A stretch of DNA of 64,000 nucleotides from an uncultured Candidatus Saccharibacteria bacterium (GTDB taxonomy: Bacteria; Patescibacteriota; Minisyncoccia; Phycocordibacterales; CAIZLB01): assembly GCA_964607805.1 (NCBI GenBank), contig CAZSLF010000003.1:3190-67189 (forward strand), read 5' to 3'. The notes beneath the pieces are model-generated. The model worked only from the letters and a program-made list of their open reading frames with translations, did no database searches and had not been told where the DNA came from. Below are positions 28,129 to 37,901 of this stretch, one piece after another (the first letter of the stretch is position 1; the number at the start of each line of letters is the position of its first letter). The position numbers and the translations under genes are program-made.

Positions 28129-31100
28129 ATGGATAAAACTATATTGGGGTTGGAGGGTCGCACAGCAGATCGCGTAAACGATTTATTAATAATATTATTA
28201 GCCGTTGGGATTATATTTGGAATTTCATTTTCAATTTCTAAACCCGCTATTGTTCAGGCTCAAGCCCAGGCAAATGCGGGCATTTTTTTTAATATTGGTT
28301 TAAAGCGCGGCGACTCACATCCTCAAGTAAAACTCCTACAGAAATTCCTCAATGCAAATGGATTTACAATCGCAGACTGGGGTGCAGGATCAGTAGGATC
28401 TGAGACAGAACTTTTCGGCACTCAAACTGAAAAGGCTCTGAAGGCTTTCCAGTGTGCTCAAAATATTTCTTGTTCTGGCTCTCCAGAAACAAATGGTTAT
28501 GGAACAGTTGGTCCGGCTACACGCGCAAAATTAAATTTACTTCTTGGAAATGGCGCAAACAGTGGTTTGCCGACTGACAGTCAGGTATTGGATGGAGCAA
28601 CTGGTCCAACTTTATCTGCAAAGGCTAACGCTGAGCTGGATGCACTTGTAAGTGGAGCGGGTAGAGGTCAATTCTACATATATGAAAACAATGCGAATAC
28701 TCTTCTTGGTGCTTTAAAACCTAATCCAAATTCTTGGACTAATAAATTAGATTTTACAGGTGTTATGACTTGGCAGGACGAGTGGAAAGATGCCAGAAAG
28801 CCTGGAACACTTATCACTCCGCAATTTATGATTCAAGCGAGCCATTATAAATTGCCAATTGGAACTAAAGTTCGTTTTTCTGATAAGACAGGTGCTATAG
28901 AAGAAAGAACTATTACTGACAGTAGATTTATAACAGGGAGTGATCAGCAAATAGTGAAATTAGATAGACCTTTGCCTACTGATAGATTTAAAGTTTATAA
29001 ATTATTAAGTTTTAGTGATGCAAATTCCCTTATTGCATTAGATCCAGTCAGAAATTACGACAAACCTGCTGTATTAGTCTCACCAACTCTGGCTAAGTAC
29101 CCGATAAATGACAATTTAAAGATATTAACACTAAATCAAGATAGAGCAGTAATGATTGGAGTATTGACTCAAAACCATGTATTCGGTAGGCCGACAAAAT
29201 TGGATGGTTTAGTTGAGCTCACGGATGTAAATAGATTCCATAATATTGATAGCAAATATGTAAATCCAAATTTTGCGGGTATTAGAGACGGAGATTCAGG
29301 TTCGCCGATGTTTATTGTATACAACAATGAATTGGTACTAATGTCTGCATATTCTTTTGCCCATCTTGGTGATTTCTATAGTTACAATATAAATAAAATT
29401 AATGCGACCATTGCTGAAATGGGTAGTGCGGATAGGGTGGGTATAGTTAGTACATCTGGATTTGTTAGAGAAAATAGTATGCCTCTGTTCACAGTTGATT
29501 CTAAGGATAAAAATCTGCAAGTGGTTGAGAAAACTGCGGCAGGAACATTCCTCGGTAGAGTTACTGCAAATGACATAGATATATCAGTGGGCCAGACAAT
29601 AACCTACAGTATTGTAGGTGGATCTGGAAAAGATTATTTTGATATAAATAATAATGGTGATATATCTGTAAAAAATTCTGCAAGTTTGGATTTGAGCTCA
29701 CCAATACTTAAATCAACTGCAGGAGTTACAAGTGGCACGGTTTCGTCTCTAAGATTAAAGCTGTTTATTAAAGCTGAAGATAACGGTACCCCTAGAAAGG
29801 CAGACTATCTATACGATGACAATATAATGAAGGAGTTTTCGGCTGTTGAGGTTGAGGTTAAATCGCTGACTCCTGGTCAGATAACTCCACCGCCTGCAAC
29901 TGATACAACAGGTTCTGGAGCAAGCACAAACCCTAAAACAATATCAATAACTTCACCGATAACAAGATCTCAGATCTTGTCGACTACACCACTTAATTTT
30001 TCATATCAAGTGACTAGTTGGCCTTCTGCAAGTGTGAATGTCACTCTGATTCCATACAACGCTGACGGCATAGAAATTAGAGGAGGTGTAAATAGTTTGG
30101 TCAGTGGTAGCTTGACTAGTATTTCTCCAACAATAAATGGTCGAACTGGAACAGCTACATATAATCAACTAATTCCACAAACAACAATAGATCAATTCGA
30201 TACACGCGCTAGAATTCTTGGAGCCTCTATGTCAGGCGGGCTAAAACTTCCAATTAAATACAAAGTAAAAATTTGCGGATCAGGAACTGACTCTGTGCTT
30301 TGTGCAATTTCAAACGAATCATTTACTTTAGCTGCAACACCTGCTGTTGTCACTCCTCCGCCTGCTGATCCTGTTATAGTCACAGTTACAAATAGCGCGC
30401 CAGTACTTCAATATATTGGTTCTAAGATTATTGCAGAAGGTGCACTGCTATCGATAAATATTAACGCTGCAGATCCAAACAATGATTCTCTAAGTTATTC
30501 GGTGTCAAATATGCCAGCAGGCGCTAACTTTAATTCGAGTACGAGAACATTTACATTTACACCGACGCTTACTCAGTCAGGTTCGTATTCACCAACTTTT
30601 ATTGTATCCGATGGAAAGGGAGGTATTGATAATGAAGTGGTTCTTATAACAGTGACAGATAAAATTACATCTAGAAATACTGATACAGATGGAGACGGTA
30701 AAAATGATGAAATTGACGCTTGTCCAAGCACACCTACAACACTTAAAACTTCCGTAAATACATATGGTTGTGTTTTGCCAAAAGTATCAAGCTTCGATAT
30801 TAGACCGACGATGGAAAGAGATCTTAATATTGTTAAAAATCTTGAGCTAGGGAAAACTGGTGTTGGAAAAGTTAGGTTTGGTAGTGACATATCTCTAACT
30901 AGATCCACTTCAGCTCTAGATATTGATACGAATTTAAAATTCTATCCGAAAAAAGTTGTTCTGATTTCAAGTGTAATTCCTGAACTTAACAAGCCAGCAA
31001 CCATTACCCTATATAATATTACCGAAACTACACCTAAAATTATGAGAGATGGCGTCGAGTGTAAAGCTCCTGCTTGTATAATTAATTCGTATTCTGGTGG

Positions 31101-32217
31101 AACTATAGTATTTACTGTTACTGGATTTTCGACATATGAAGTTGTTGAAGGTGCTGTGCAGAATCAGACACCAGTTACATATTTGTTTGGTGTAAATAAG
31201 TCAGGTACAGGAACAGGTACGATCAGTGGTCCTGGGATTTCTTGTGGTATCGATTGTAGCGAAAACGTGAACAACGGGTCGTCGGTCGTACTTACGGCGA
31301 CGCCTGCATCAGGATCAGTATTTACTGGCTGGTCTACTGGTTGTTCTGGAGCAGGTATTTGTTCAGTGGTTATAAGCAGTAATACAAATGTAAATGCGGT
31401 GTTTGATATTGCACCTGTAATTACGACTGGAGGCGGTGGCTCGTCAGTTGGTGGCGGAGCAGCAGCTTCGTCTGGCGGAGGAGGTGTGACTACTGGAGGC
31501 GGTGCTATAGCTAATACAAATCAAACACAAACACAGAGCCAGGCACAGAACCAAACGCAATCAACTTCAGTCTTCTGTCAGGCAGGCGAATCCTTCAGTC
31601 CTGTTACAGGTCAAAGATGTACTCTATATAGTGGAACAGGACAATACACTGAGGCACAGTTAATTGCACAGAATCAGCAATCACAACAAAGTACTGGAGC
31701 AGCCTCTACATATCCATATGGAAGAAATCTTACGATTGGTAATCGTGGTGACGATGTTACAAATCTTCAAAACTTCTTGATTGGACAAGGGTATCTTGCA
31801 AGCGGTAATAATACCGGGTACTTTGGTCAGGCTACACGATCAGCTTTGGCTTCATGGCAAGCAAGTGTTGGAATTAGCCCCGCTGAAGGATATTTTGGGA
31901 CAGTTACTCGCTCAAGAATAAGAGGAGGACAAGCTCAAAGTAGTGTTCCAACATATACTCCACCAACACAAAATCAGAATCAGGGTCAGGGCGGGGTATC
32001 TACGACATTTACAAGAAATCTAACAATTGGCTCAAGAGGTGCCGATGTAACTGCACTTCAAAATCTATTGATCTCGAAAGGATTTTTATCTAGCGATAAT
32101 AATACAGGGTACTTCGGTACTGCTACACGTGGTGCTCTTGCAAGATGGCAAGCAAGTGTTGGAATTAGCCCTGCTGAAGGATATTTTGGGACAATTAGCA
32201 GGGCAGCTATGAGATAA
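28129..32217 (+). CDS. large multidomain surface protein (PG-binding, S1-peptidase-like, cadherin/Ig-like, TSP3-like, B-repeat domains)
   Basis: N-terminal TM. Three PG_binding_1-like units (GDSHPQVKLLQKFL...; two C-terminal copies LTIG.RG.DVT.LQN.LI..G.L...NTGYFG.ATR.AL..WQASVGISPAEGYFG). GDSGSP motif. NSAPVL...SYSVSNMPAGANF Ig/cadherin-like unit. DTDGDGKNDEIDACP. Confidence 0.75.
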   Translation: MDKTILGLEGRTADRVNDLLIILLAVGIIFGISFSISKPAIVQAQAQANAGIFFNIGLKRGDSHPQVKLLQKFLNANGFTIADWGAGSVGSETELFGTQTEKALKAFQCAQNISCSGSPETNGYGTVGPATRAKLNLLLGNGANSGLPTDSQVLDGATGPTLSAKANAELDALVSGAGRGQFYIYENNANTLLGALKPNPNSWTNKLDFTGVMTWQDEWKDARKPGTLITPQFMIQASHYKLPIGTKVRFSDKTGAIEERTITDSRFITGSDQQIVKLDRPLPTDRFKVYKLLSFSDANSLIALDPVRNYDKPAVLVSPTLAKYPINDNLKILTLNQDRAVMIGVLTQNHVFGRPTKLDGLVELTDVNRFHNIDSKYVNPNFAGIRDGDSGSPMFIVYNNELVLMSAYSFAHLGDFYSYNINKINATIAEMGSADRVGIVSTSGFVRENSMPLFTVDSKDKNLQVVEKTAAGTFLGRVTANDIDISVGQTITYSIVGGSGKDYFDINNNGDISVKNSASLDLSSPILKSTAGVTSGTVSSLRLKLFIKAEDNGTPRKADYLYDDNIMKEFSAVEVEVKSLTPGQITPPPATDTTGSGASTNPKTISITSPITRSQILSTTPLNFSYQVTSWPSASVNVTLIPYNADGIEIRGGVNSLVSGSLTSISPTINGRTGTATYNQLIPQTTIDQFDTRARILGASMSGGLKLPIKYKVKICGSGTDSVLCAISNESFTLAATPAVVTPPPADPVIVTVTNSAPVLQYIGSKIIAEGALLSININAADPNNDSLSYSVSNMPAGANFNSSTRTFTFTPTLTQSGSYSPTFIVSDGKGGIDNEVVLITVTDKITSRNTDTDGDGKNDEIDACPSTPTTLKTSVNTYGCVLPKVSSFDIRPTMERDLNIVKNLELGKTGVGKVRFGSDISLTRSTSALDIDTNLKFYPKKVVLISSVIPELNKPATITLYNITETTPKIMRDGVECKAPACIINSYSGGTIVFTVTGFSTYEVVEGAVQNQTPVTYLFGVNKSGTGTGTISGPGISCGIDCSENVNNGSSVVLTATPASGSVFTGWSTGCSGAGICSVVISSNTNVNAVFDIAPVITTGGGGSSVGGGAAASSGGGGVTTGGGAIANTNQTQTQSQAQNQTQSTSVFCQAGESFSPVTGQRCTLYSGTGQYTEAQLIAQNQQSQQSTGAASTYPYGRNLTIGNRGDDVTNLQNFLIGQGYLASGNNTGYFGQATRSALASWQASVGISPAEGYFGTVTRSRIRGGQAQSSVPTYTPPTQNQNQGQGGVSTTFTRNLTIGSRGADVTALQNLLISKGFLSSDNNTGYFGTATRGALARWQASVGISPAEGYFGTISRAAMR

Positions 32218-32262
32218 TGGTGCATTGAGATACTGGCTCATATCTAGTACTATTAAGGAAAT

Positions 32263-33027
32263 ATGGCAGACAAAAAACCCGAAAAGAAGCCGGAGAAAAA
32301 GGCTGAGGCGCCAAAAGTTTCTTTGGAACAAAATATTGTATTTGTTTTGGGAGTAATAGCACTGCTAATGCTTATAGTAATTCCTGCGGTATTTGCTGGA
32401 TTTGGAGTGAATAGTCAGTCAGTTTTCAATGCAGATTCATTTAAAGAAGGATTTATTGGATTTGCTGCAAAGTTATTTACCTCTATAACTTTTATTTCTG
32501 TTTTTGTTTCGCTTTTGTTTGGGGTTTTAATTTTCTATGCAAAGATGCGATATAACCAAGTGATAGAGAATTGGAAAATTTCTAAGATGACCCTAGGTTC
32601 ACCACTTGCACCTTATTCTGGACCAAATATTGGATTTGCTGCGCCTGCTGGGGTAGCTGGATTACCAGGTCAAAATGAGCAAGTAGCAGTGCACGGACCA
32701 ATCGCTCAAGCGGGAAATGAGAAGTGGCAAGATATTGAATCTAAAATTAATTCAGCCAATCCTTCAGATTGGCGTCTTGCAATTCTTGAAGCAGATATTG
32801 TTTTGTTTGAGATGCTTGAGCAAATGGGTCTACCTGGAGAAACGCTAGGTGAAAAATTAAAATCAGCTGATTCATCTTTCTTTGGAACAATTCAAGAAGC
32901 CTGGGGTGCGCATAAGATTAGAAATGTAATTGCGCATGAAGGTTCGGGGTATGCTCTTTCTTACAATGAAGCAAGACGCGCAATTGATTTATATAGAAGG
33001 GTATTTGAAGAGTTTTATTTTATTTAA
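32263..33027 (+). CDS. membrane protein with C-terminal HEPN/DUF4145-like domain
   Basis: Two TM helices. The C-terminal helical region carries an R-x4-H motif (KIRNVIAHEG, R codon at 32920). Confidence 0.5.
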   Translation: MADKKPEKKPEKKAEAPKVSLEQNIVFVLGVIALLMLIVIPAVFAGFGVNSQSVFNADSFKEGFIGFAAKLFTSITFISVFVSLLFGVLIFYAKMRYNQVIENWKISKMTLGSPLAPYSGPNIGFAAPAGVAGLPGQNEQVAVHGPIAQAGNEKWQDIESKINSANPSDWRLAILEADIVLFEMLEQMGLPGETLGEKLKSADSSFFGTIQEAWGAHKIRNVIAHEGSGYALSYNEARRAIDLYRRVFEEFYFI

Positions 33028-33035
33028 GCCTTACT

Positions 33036-35849
33036 TTGACCCATACCGTGAATCAGGAAATAACTCAGAAATATAAAAGAAATTTTAAACTTTTCAAGAA
33101 GTTATTTTTTGTTTTAGCTGTAGCGCCAATAATTCTAGCAGGATTAGTTTTTACTTTTTTACAAAAGAGTTATTCTCCACCGCCATATACAGGAACTTTG
33201 CCTTGTGTTAGTTATTCTCCAGATGACTTTAGTAGAGATAGGAACTTTTCTGAAGAAGAATTGATGGAAGTTTTGGTTAAAATAAAGAAAGTTAGTAATT
33301 GTGTGCGAATATATTCTGTGACTAGAGGAATTGAAAAAGTTCCAGAATTAGCAAAGAGGATGGAAATGGAAGTAATCGCAGGTGCCTGGCTTGTAAAATC
33401 AGAGCCAAAGATTAACGCAGAGGAATTAAAAAATCTAATCGAGATTGGCAGGGAATACGATAATATCAAATACCTTATTGTTGGAAATGAGACCGCTTTG
33501 CTAAATAATCTTAGTGAAGAAGAATTGATAAGGTCAATAAATATAGTTAGAGCGGGAGTGTATGGATCAAGGAATAAAAATGTTATTGCCAAACTGGCAA
33601 AAGAGAAAAAATATCCGCCAATCACAACAACAGAAATTGCTAGTGTTTGGGTTAATAAAAAAAGTGTCATAAATGAAATAGATGTAGTCGGTCTACACTC
33701 CTTCTCATATTGGGAATGGGCTCATATAGATGACGCTCTACCTACAATTTTAAATACTTTTGAAAGAGTTAGAAATGTTACAGATAAGCCGATCGTATTT
33801 CTAGAAACTGGGTGGCCAACTGCGGGGCCACCCCAAGGTTTAGCAGAAAGTGGGCTCCTGAGCCAGAGAAAATTCCTAAAAATGATGGATGAGAATTTTG
33901 GTGCGCAAGGAATATTTTATAATATTGCTGAGATGTTCGATGTGCCTGCAAAAGTTGCAAACGAAGAAGGTTTGCTCGGGCCACACTGGGGTATATTTGA
34001 TAAGAATGGAAATCAGAAGACCCTTTTAACAGTTAAGGATATTTCGCTTTGGTTCGCAATTTATATTCTGTTGATGGTAATTATGTTGTGGTATTTTTTG
34101 GGATATTTTGAGTATCCATTTATAAAAAATGACCCTAGGTATGAAAGAAGAAATGATTCCGGCTTAGACTCGTCACTTCTTGCTAGTTTTTTCATAATTA
34201 TAATCTTGGCTTGTGTTTTTTCTACTGTAACTATGCTGTATTCGAAGTTAATGGGTGTGAATATAATCATGGTGCAGATTTTGTGTGGATTAATTTCTTT
34301 GTATGGATTCTTTGAAATTTCTCAAAAGATCATGCAGAATTTTATTTCTAAACATGCAGCAAAATATTTATTGAGTAGATACTCGCAGGTTTCGGTTGAA
34401 GAAAAGAGTGCCAATACTGATGTTCTGGTTTCAATTCATATAGCAGCAAAAGATGAGGATCCTGAGCAGGTGATTCGTACGCTTACATCAGCCTTAGCGC
34501 AAACTCATAAAAAGATTGAGGTGGTTTATGTTGATAATAATTCTAAAGATGAAAATGGATTCAATATTGTTAAGAAACATTTTGATTCTCTTTCTGTGAC
34601 TGAAAAGTTCGGAGAGGATAAAGTTTTGAGCTTACACTTCGAGAAAAACATTTTTGGGTTTAAGGGTGGGGCACTAAATTATGCAATACATAAAAGTAAT
34701 CCTGATGCACAGTATATTGCCATATTGGATTCTGATTACGAGGCATATCCAAATTGGATAGAGACAGGGCTTATATATGCAAAGGACGATGTAGGGTTTA
34801 TTCAATTTCCTCAGTCGTATAGGGGAGGTGAAGATGACGCTCAAGGTGCTGTAAATAGTGAAGGGCGGAACACTGAGAATTTTATTTCAAGAGGTGCAAG
34901 ACTCGAGCAAGACTATGTATTTAAAGTTATGTACCCTATGCGAGCAATTTTAGGAAATATTGTTATGAATGGCACGATGGTAATAATCAGGAAGGCTGCG
35001 CTGCCTGAACATAATTGGCCACTATGGTCTATTTGTGAAGACGGGGCGCTCGGAGCTGAGATTATTGCTAAAGGGTATAGATCGGCCTTCGTACCTACTG
35101 TGGCAGGACAGGGTGGCTCACCTGAGACTTTTAGTGAGCTTTCGAAGCAAAGAAATCGATGGGTTTTTGGATCTATTCAAATATTGAAGATGTGGATGAA
35201 AGATAAGAAGCTAAAATGGAATAGGACTATGAGCATGTATCTGTCAGATTGGTTTGGGTGGATTATGCATGGTTTGTATCCATTTATCATAATATTCACA
35301 ATTAGTTTCATACTTTCGGTATGGTTTGTATATTTCTCAATAATTTATGATTGGACTTTCTTTTTAGGTTTAACTTTTATAGGACTATCTCTCATTCTCT
35401 TCATTATCAATATTGCTAAATATATTGGATGTGCTCTGCCAAAAGTTACCAAAGCGAATACAACTTTAAAGTTCGGTGACAAATTTAAGTTATGTATAAA
35501 AAATATTTTCTCACTCATATTGCTTGAGCTATCAGTTGTTAATATTGTTTGTGTATCAGTTCTGCAGTCTGTTTATAAAAATAAAATGAACTTCAATGCA
35601 ACGAGATCCCCTGAATATCATTCACACATGCTTAGATACGGTGCATCTGGTTACAAAAAATTTATTGGGGCAGTCACGAATTTACTTCTTATTGCACTAC
35701 CAGCAATTTTAGTTTTGTTCGCTTTATGTGGAAGTTATTTTATTCTTGAAAAGACAAGTTCAAATCTGGTCTATGTTGTTTATGGACAGTTTGTTGTGGT
35801 TTTCTTGCCACAACTTATTTACTTGATTTATAAGTTGAAGTATAAATAA
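33036..35849 (+). CDS. fused GH17 glucanosyl-hydrolase/transferase and family-2 processive glycosyltransferase (NdvB-like glucan synthase)
   Basis: GH17 motifs IVGNETAL and FLETGWPTAG. GT2 motifs ILDSDYE, QFPQSY, CEDGALG, QRNRWVFG (QxxRW). Multiple TM helices. TTG/GTG start. Confidence 0.8.
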   Translation: MTHTVNQEITQKYKRNFKLFKKLFFVLAVAPIILAGLVFTFLQKSYSPPPYTGTLPCVSYSPDDFSRDRNFSEEELMEVLVKIKKVSNCVRIYSVTRGIEKVPELAKRMEMEVIAGAWLVKSEPKINAEELKNLIEIGREYDNIKYLIVGNETALLNNLSEEELIRSINIVRAGVYGSRNKNVIAKLAKEKKYPPITTTEIASVWVNKKSVINEIDVVGLHSFSYWEWAHIDDALPTILNTFERVRNVTDKPIVFLETGWPTAGPPQGLAESGLLSQRKFLKMMDENFGAQGIFYNIAEMFDVPAKVANEEGLLGPHWGIFDKNGNQKTLLTVKDISLWFAIYILLMVIMLWYFLGYFEYPFIKNDPRYERRNDSGLDSSLLASFFIIIILACVFSTVTMLYSKLMGVNIIMVQILCGLISLYGFFEISQKIMQNFISKHAAKYLLSRYSQVSVEEKSANTDVLVSIHIAAKDEDPEQVIRTLTSALAQTHKKIEVVYVDNNSKDENGFNIVKKHFDSLSVTEKFGEDKVLSLHFEKNIFGFKGGALNYAIHKSNPDAQYIAILDSDYEAYPNWIETGLIYAKDDVGFIQFPQSYRGGEDDAQGAVNSEGRNTENFISRGARLEQDYVFKVMYPMRAILGNIVMNGTMVIIRKAALPEHNWPLWSICEDGALGAEIIAKGYRSAFVPTVAGQGGSPETFSELSKQRNRWVFGSIQILKMWMKDKKLKWNRTMSMYLSDWFGWIMHGLYPFIIIFTISFILSVWFVYFSIIYDWTFFLGLTFIGLSLILFIINIAKYIGCALPKVTKANTTLKFGDKFKLCIKNIFSLILLELSVVNIVCVSVLQSVYKNKMNFNATRSPEYHSHMLRYGASGYKKFIGAVTNLLLIALPAILVLFALCGSYFILEKTSSNLVYVVYGQFVVVFLPQLIYLIYKLKYK

Positions 35850-35897
35850 TTTTTTTGCGCTTGACTAAAGACCTGTTTTGATTCAATATGTCTCTAT

Positions 35898-35968
35898 TGC
35901 GGGGAAGTGTAACAGTTGCATACAAGGCTCATAACCTTGAGGACTAGGTGCAATTCCTGGCTCCGCAA
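35898..35968 (+). tRNA. atypical tRNA-like gene with CAU anticodon (initiator-like ends)
   Basis: Acceptor TGCGGGG/CTCCGCA plus A. Anticodon arm CAAGG-CTCATAA-CCTTG. T arm CTAGG-TGCAATT-CCTGG. D arm poorly formed with no GG. Ends resemble fMet tRNA (..GCGGGG...CCGCAA). Confidence 0.45.
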
Positions 35969-36213
35969 CAAGTTTGCAACATGATTGGATGAAGAAAATA
36001 AGTGCTGTCTTTGATGCCTAGGGTGTCTGAGGGGGCACTTATTTTCTTTTTAGGCTGGGTAGTTGGGTATGATCTCAGGTTGACTCAAGGAGTCTGAGGA
36101 GGCTTGAAGGAGTATGAGGGAGATTGGGCAAACCTTTATTTTAGTGGTGTTTTATGTTATAAAACATGCACGTTTGGCTTGTGTTCAAATGTAGTTTTAA
36201 AGCGGTTTTATAT

Positions 36214-36290
36214 GTCGACGTAGCTCAGTCGGTTAGAGCGGAGGACTCATAAGCCTCAGGTCGGTGGTTCGATCCCACCCGTCGACACCA
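36214..36290 (+). tRNA. tRNA with CAU anticodon (elongator Met or Ile2), CCA encoded
   Basis: GTCGACG-TA-GCTC-AGTCGGTTA-GAGC-G-GAGGA-CTCATAA-GCCTC-AGGTC-GGTGG-TTCGATC-CCACC-CGTCGAC-A-CCA. Confidence 0.9.
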
Positions 36291-36372
36291 ATGTTCTTCT
36301 CAACTTGCATATATAAAGAGTTGAAGGTATTCTTTTCCCATTCAGAAATTTCAGTCAACCCAGCAATTACCT

Positions 36373-37050
36373 ATGAATCAATCAAGCCAGTTAAACTCTC
36401 ACAAAGAACCTTGGTATTTTTCAAATCAAATCGCCGTCTCATCTCTGTCAGGTTGTGGTCGCACAACACTTCTTGATAACTTCAAAAAACATTTCGCAGC
36501 AAGTTGTTATCGGTATGTATCTGCAGGAGAAACGATGCGAACGATCGCATCTGGTAGAGGGCTTTCGATAGAACAACATGCTGCGAATCTTTGCGATAAT
36601 CCCAACCAGGGTATCGATGAGGGTCTCGATCAATGTGTTGCTGATTTTGGTCGGCAAAACTATGTGATTGGTGAAGGTCGGCTTTTGCATATTACATTCC
36701 CACGTGCTTTTAAGGTCAGACTTGTCTGTGATATTGATATTTGCGCGATGCGTCGCTCGGGTCAGGAATGTGGAGATGAATTCGAAGCTGTGAAAGCGGC
36801 CTTAATCGAAAGAAACAAAAACGATTGCCTCCGCTATGATTCGATCTATGGTCGTGCATGGAATTGGCCTGACCTTGCATTCGACTGTGTGTTAGACACT
36901 GGCTCAATTGGAAAGGATGATATGGTTCAAACCATATTGAAACTACACCGTGATTGGTGTTCCCGACTTGATCTTGTGGACAGGATTTTTCATGATATCT
37001 GTCATCCAACGTATCGACTCGATATGAATCGATTGCGTATTGGAAATTAG
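36373..37050 (+). CDS. cytidylate-kinase-like P-loop NTPase family protein
   Basis: P-loop-like SLSGCGRTTLL (Arg in place of the usual Lys). Overall kinase-like layout. Locally GC-rich. Terminator hairpin ACGCCG...CGGCGT at about 37081-37118. Confidence 0.5.
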   Translation: MNQSSQLNSHKEPWYFSNQIAVSSLSGCGRTTLLDNFKKHFAASCYRYVSAGETMRTIASGRGLSIEQHAANLCDNPNQGIDEGLDQCVADFGRQNYVIGEGRLLHITFPRAFKVRLVCDIDICAMRRSGQECGDEFEAVKAALIERNKNDCLRYDSIYGRAWNWPDLAFDCVLDTGSIGKDDMVQTILKLHRDWCSRLDLVDRIFHDICHPTYRLDMNRLRIGN

Positions 37051-37181
37051 AGTTGTGGTTTGATCTTCAAGTTCAACTTAACGCCGCCGCGTCCTAGATA
37101 GGACCGGCGTTTGTATTTTACAAAATAAATATAAGTAAATTGTAAGAGGTAGAAAATTTGACTTCATTTTAGAATGCATTA

Positions 37182-37901
37182 ATGCCAATGCATAGAGAAA
37201 TTAATAGGGATTTTTTTAAAGTGTGGAGTGGGGACATGGCGTATGTCTTAGGTTTTATGTTTGCAGATGGAAATATTATTAAGAATAATAGAGGAGGGTA
37301 TTATTTTGCTATTTATACTGCGGATGAGGAGCTTTTAATAAGAATGAGAACTAGTATGGGGTCTAGTCATAAAATTTCATTTAAAATGGGAAAGTTAGGT
37401 GGTTGTTACTCGATTCAAATAGGAAGTAAGGAAATGTTTAATGATTTAGGTAAGGTAGGGCTTACTCCGAATAAGTCAAAGAGAATGATATTGCCTGAAG
37501 TTCCAAAAAAATATTTAGGTGATTTTGTGAGAGGGTATTTTGACGGCGATGGACATGTTTGGGTTGGGCAAATTAACAAAAATAGAGAGAAAACTCAAAT
37601 GACAATACTGACGGGTTTTACAAGTGGTTCTTTGAATTTTTTAATCTCCTTAAAAAATATCTTGAAATCAGCTGGTATACGCGGAGGATGTATATATAAA
37701 TGTAAAACTGGCGAATACGGAAGACTTTCATTTTCTGTATTCGACTCTTTGAGATTATATGAAATTATGTATAATAGGCCACATACCCTATATTTGGATC
37801 GTAAAAAGATGGTTTTTGATAAATATAGGGTATTGACAAAACGATGCGGCTGTAGCTCAACGGTAGAGCACTCGCCTGTAGACTGGCAGCTTTTAGCTTA
37901 A
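37182..37901 (+). CDS. LAGLIDADG homing endonuclease (double-motif)
   Basis: Motif 1 YVLGFMFADGNI and motif 2 LGDFVRGYFDGDGHV. The last ~18 codons read through tRNA-Asp exon 1 and the first 22 nt of the intron. Confidence 0.85.
   Translation: MPMHREINRDFFKVWSGDMAYVLGFMFADGNIIKNNRGGYYFAIYTADEELLIRMRTSMGSSHKISFKMGKLGGCYSIQIGSKEMFNDLGKVGLTPNKSKRMILPEVPKKYLGDFVRGYFDGDGHVWVGQINKNREKTQMTILTGFTSGSLNFLISLKNILKSAGIRGGCIYKCKTGEYGRLSFSVFDSLRLYEIMYNRPHTLYLDRKKMVFDKYRVLTKRCGCSSTVEHSPVDWQLLA

Noticed and set aside
36264-36476. 70-aa ORF
   Set aside because: It begins inside the T-arm of tRNA(CAU) 36214-36290 and overlaps the start of the better-supported 36373-37050 gene in another frame.
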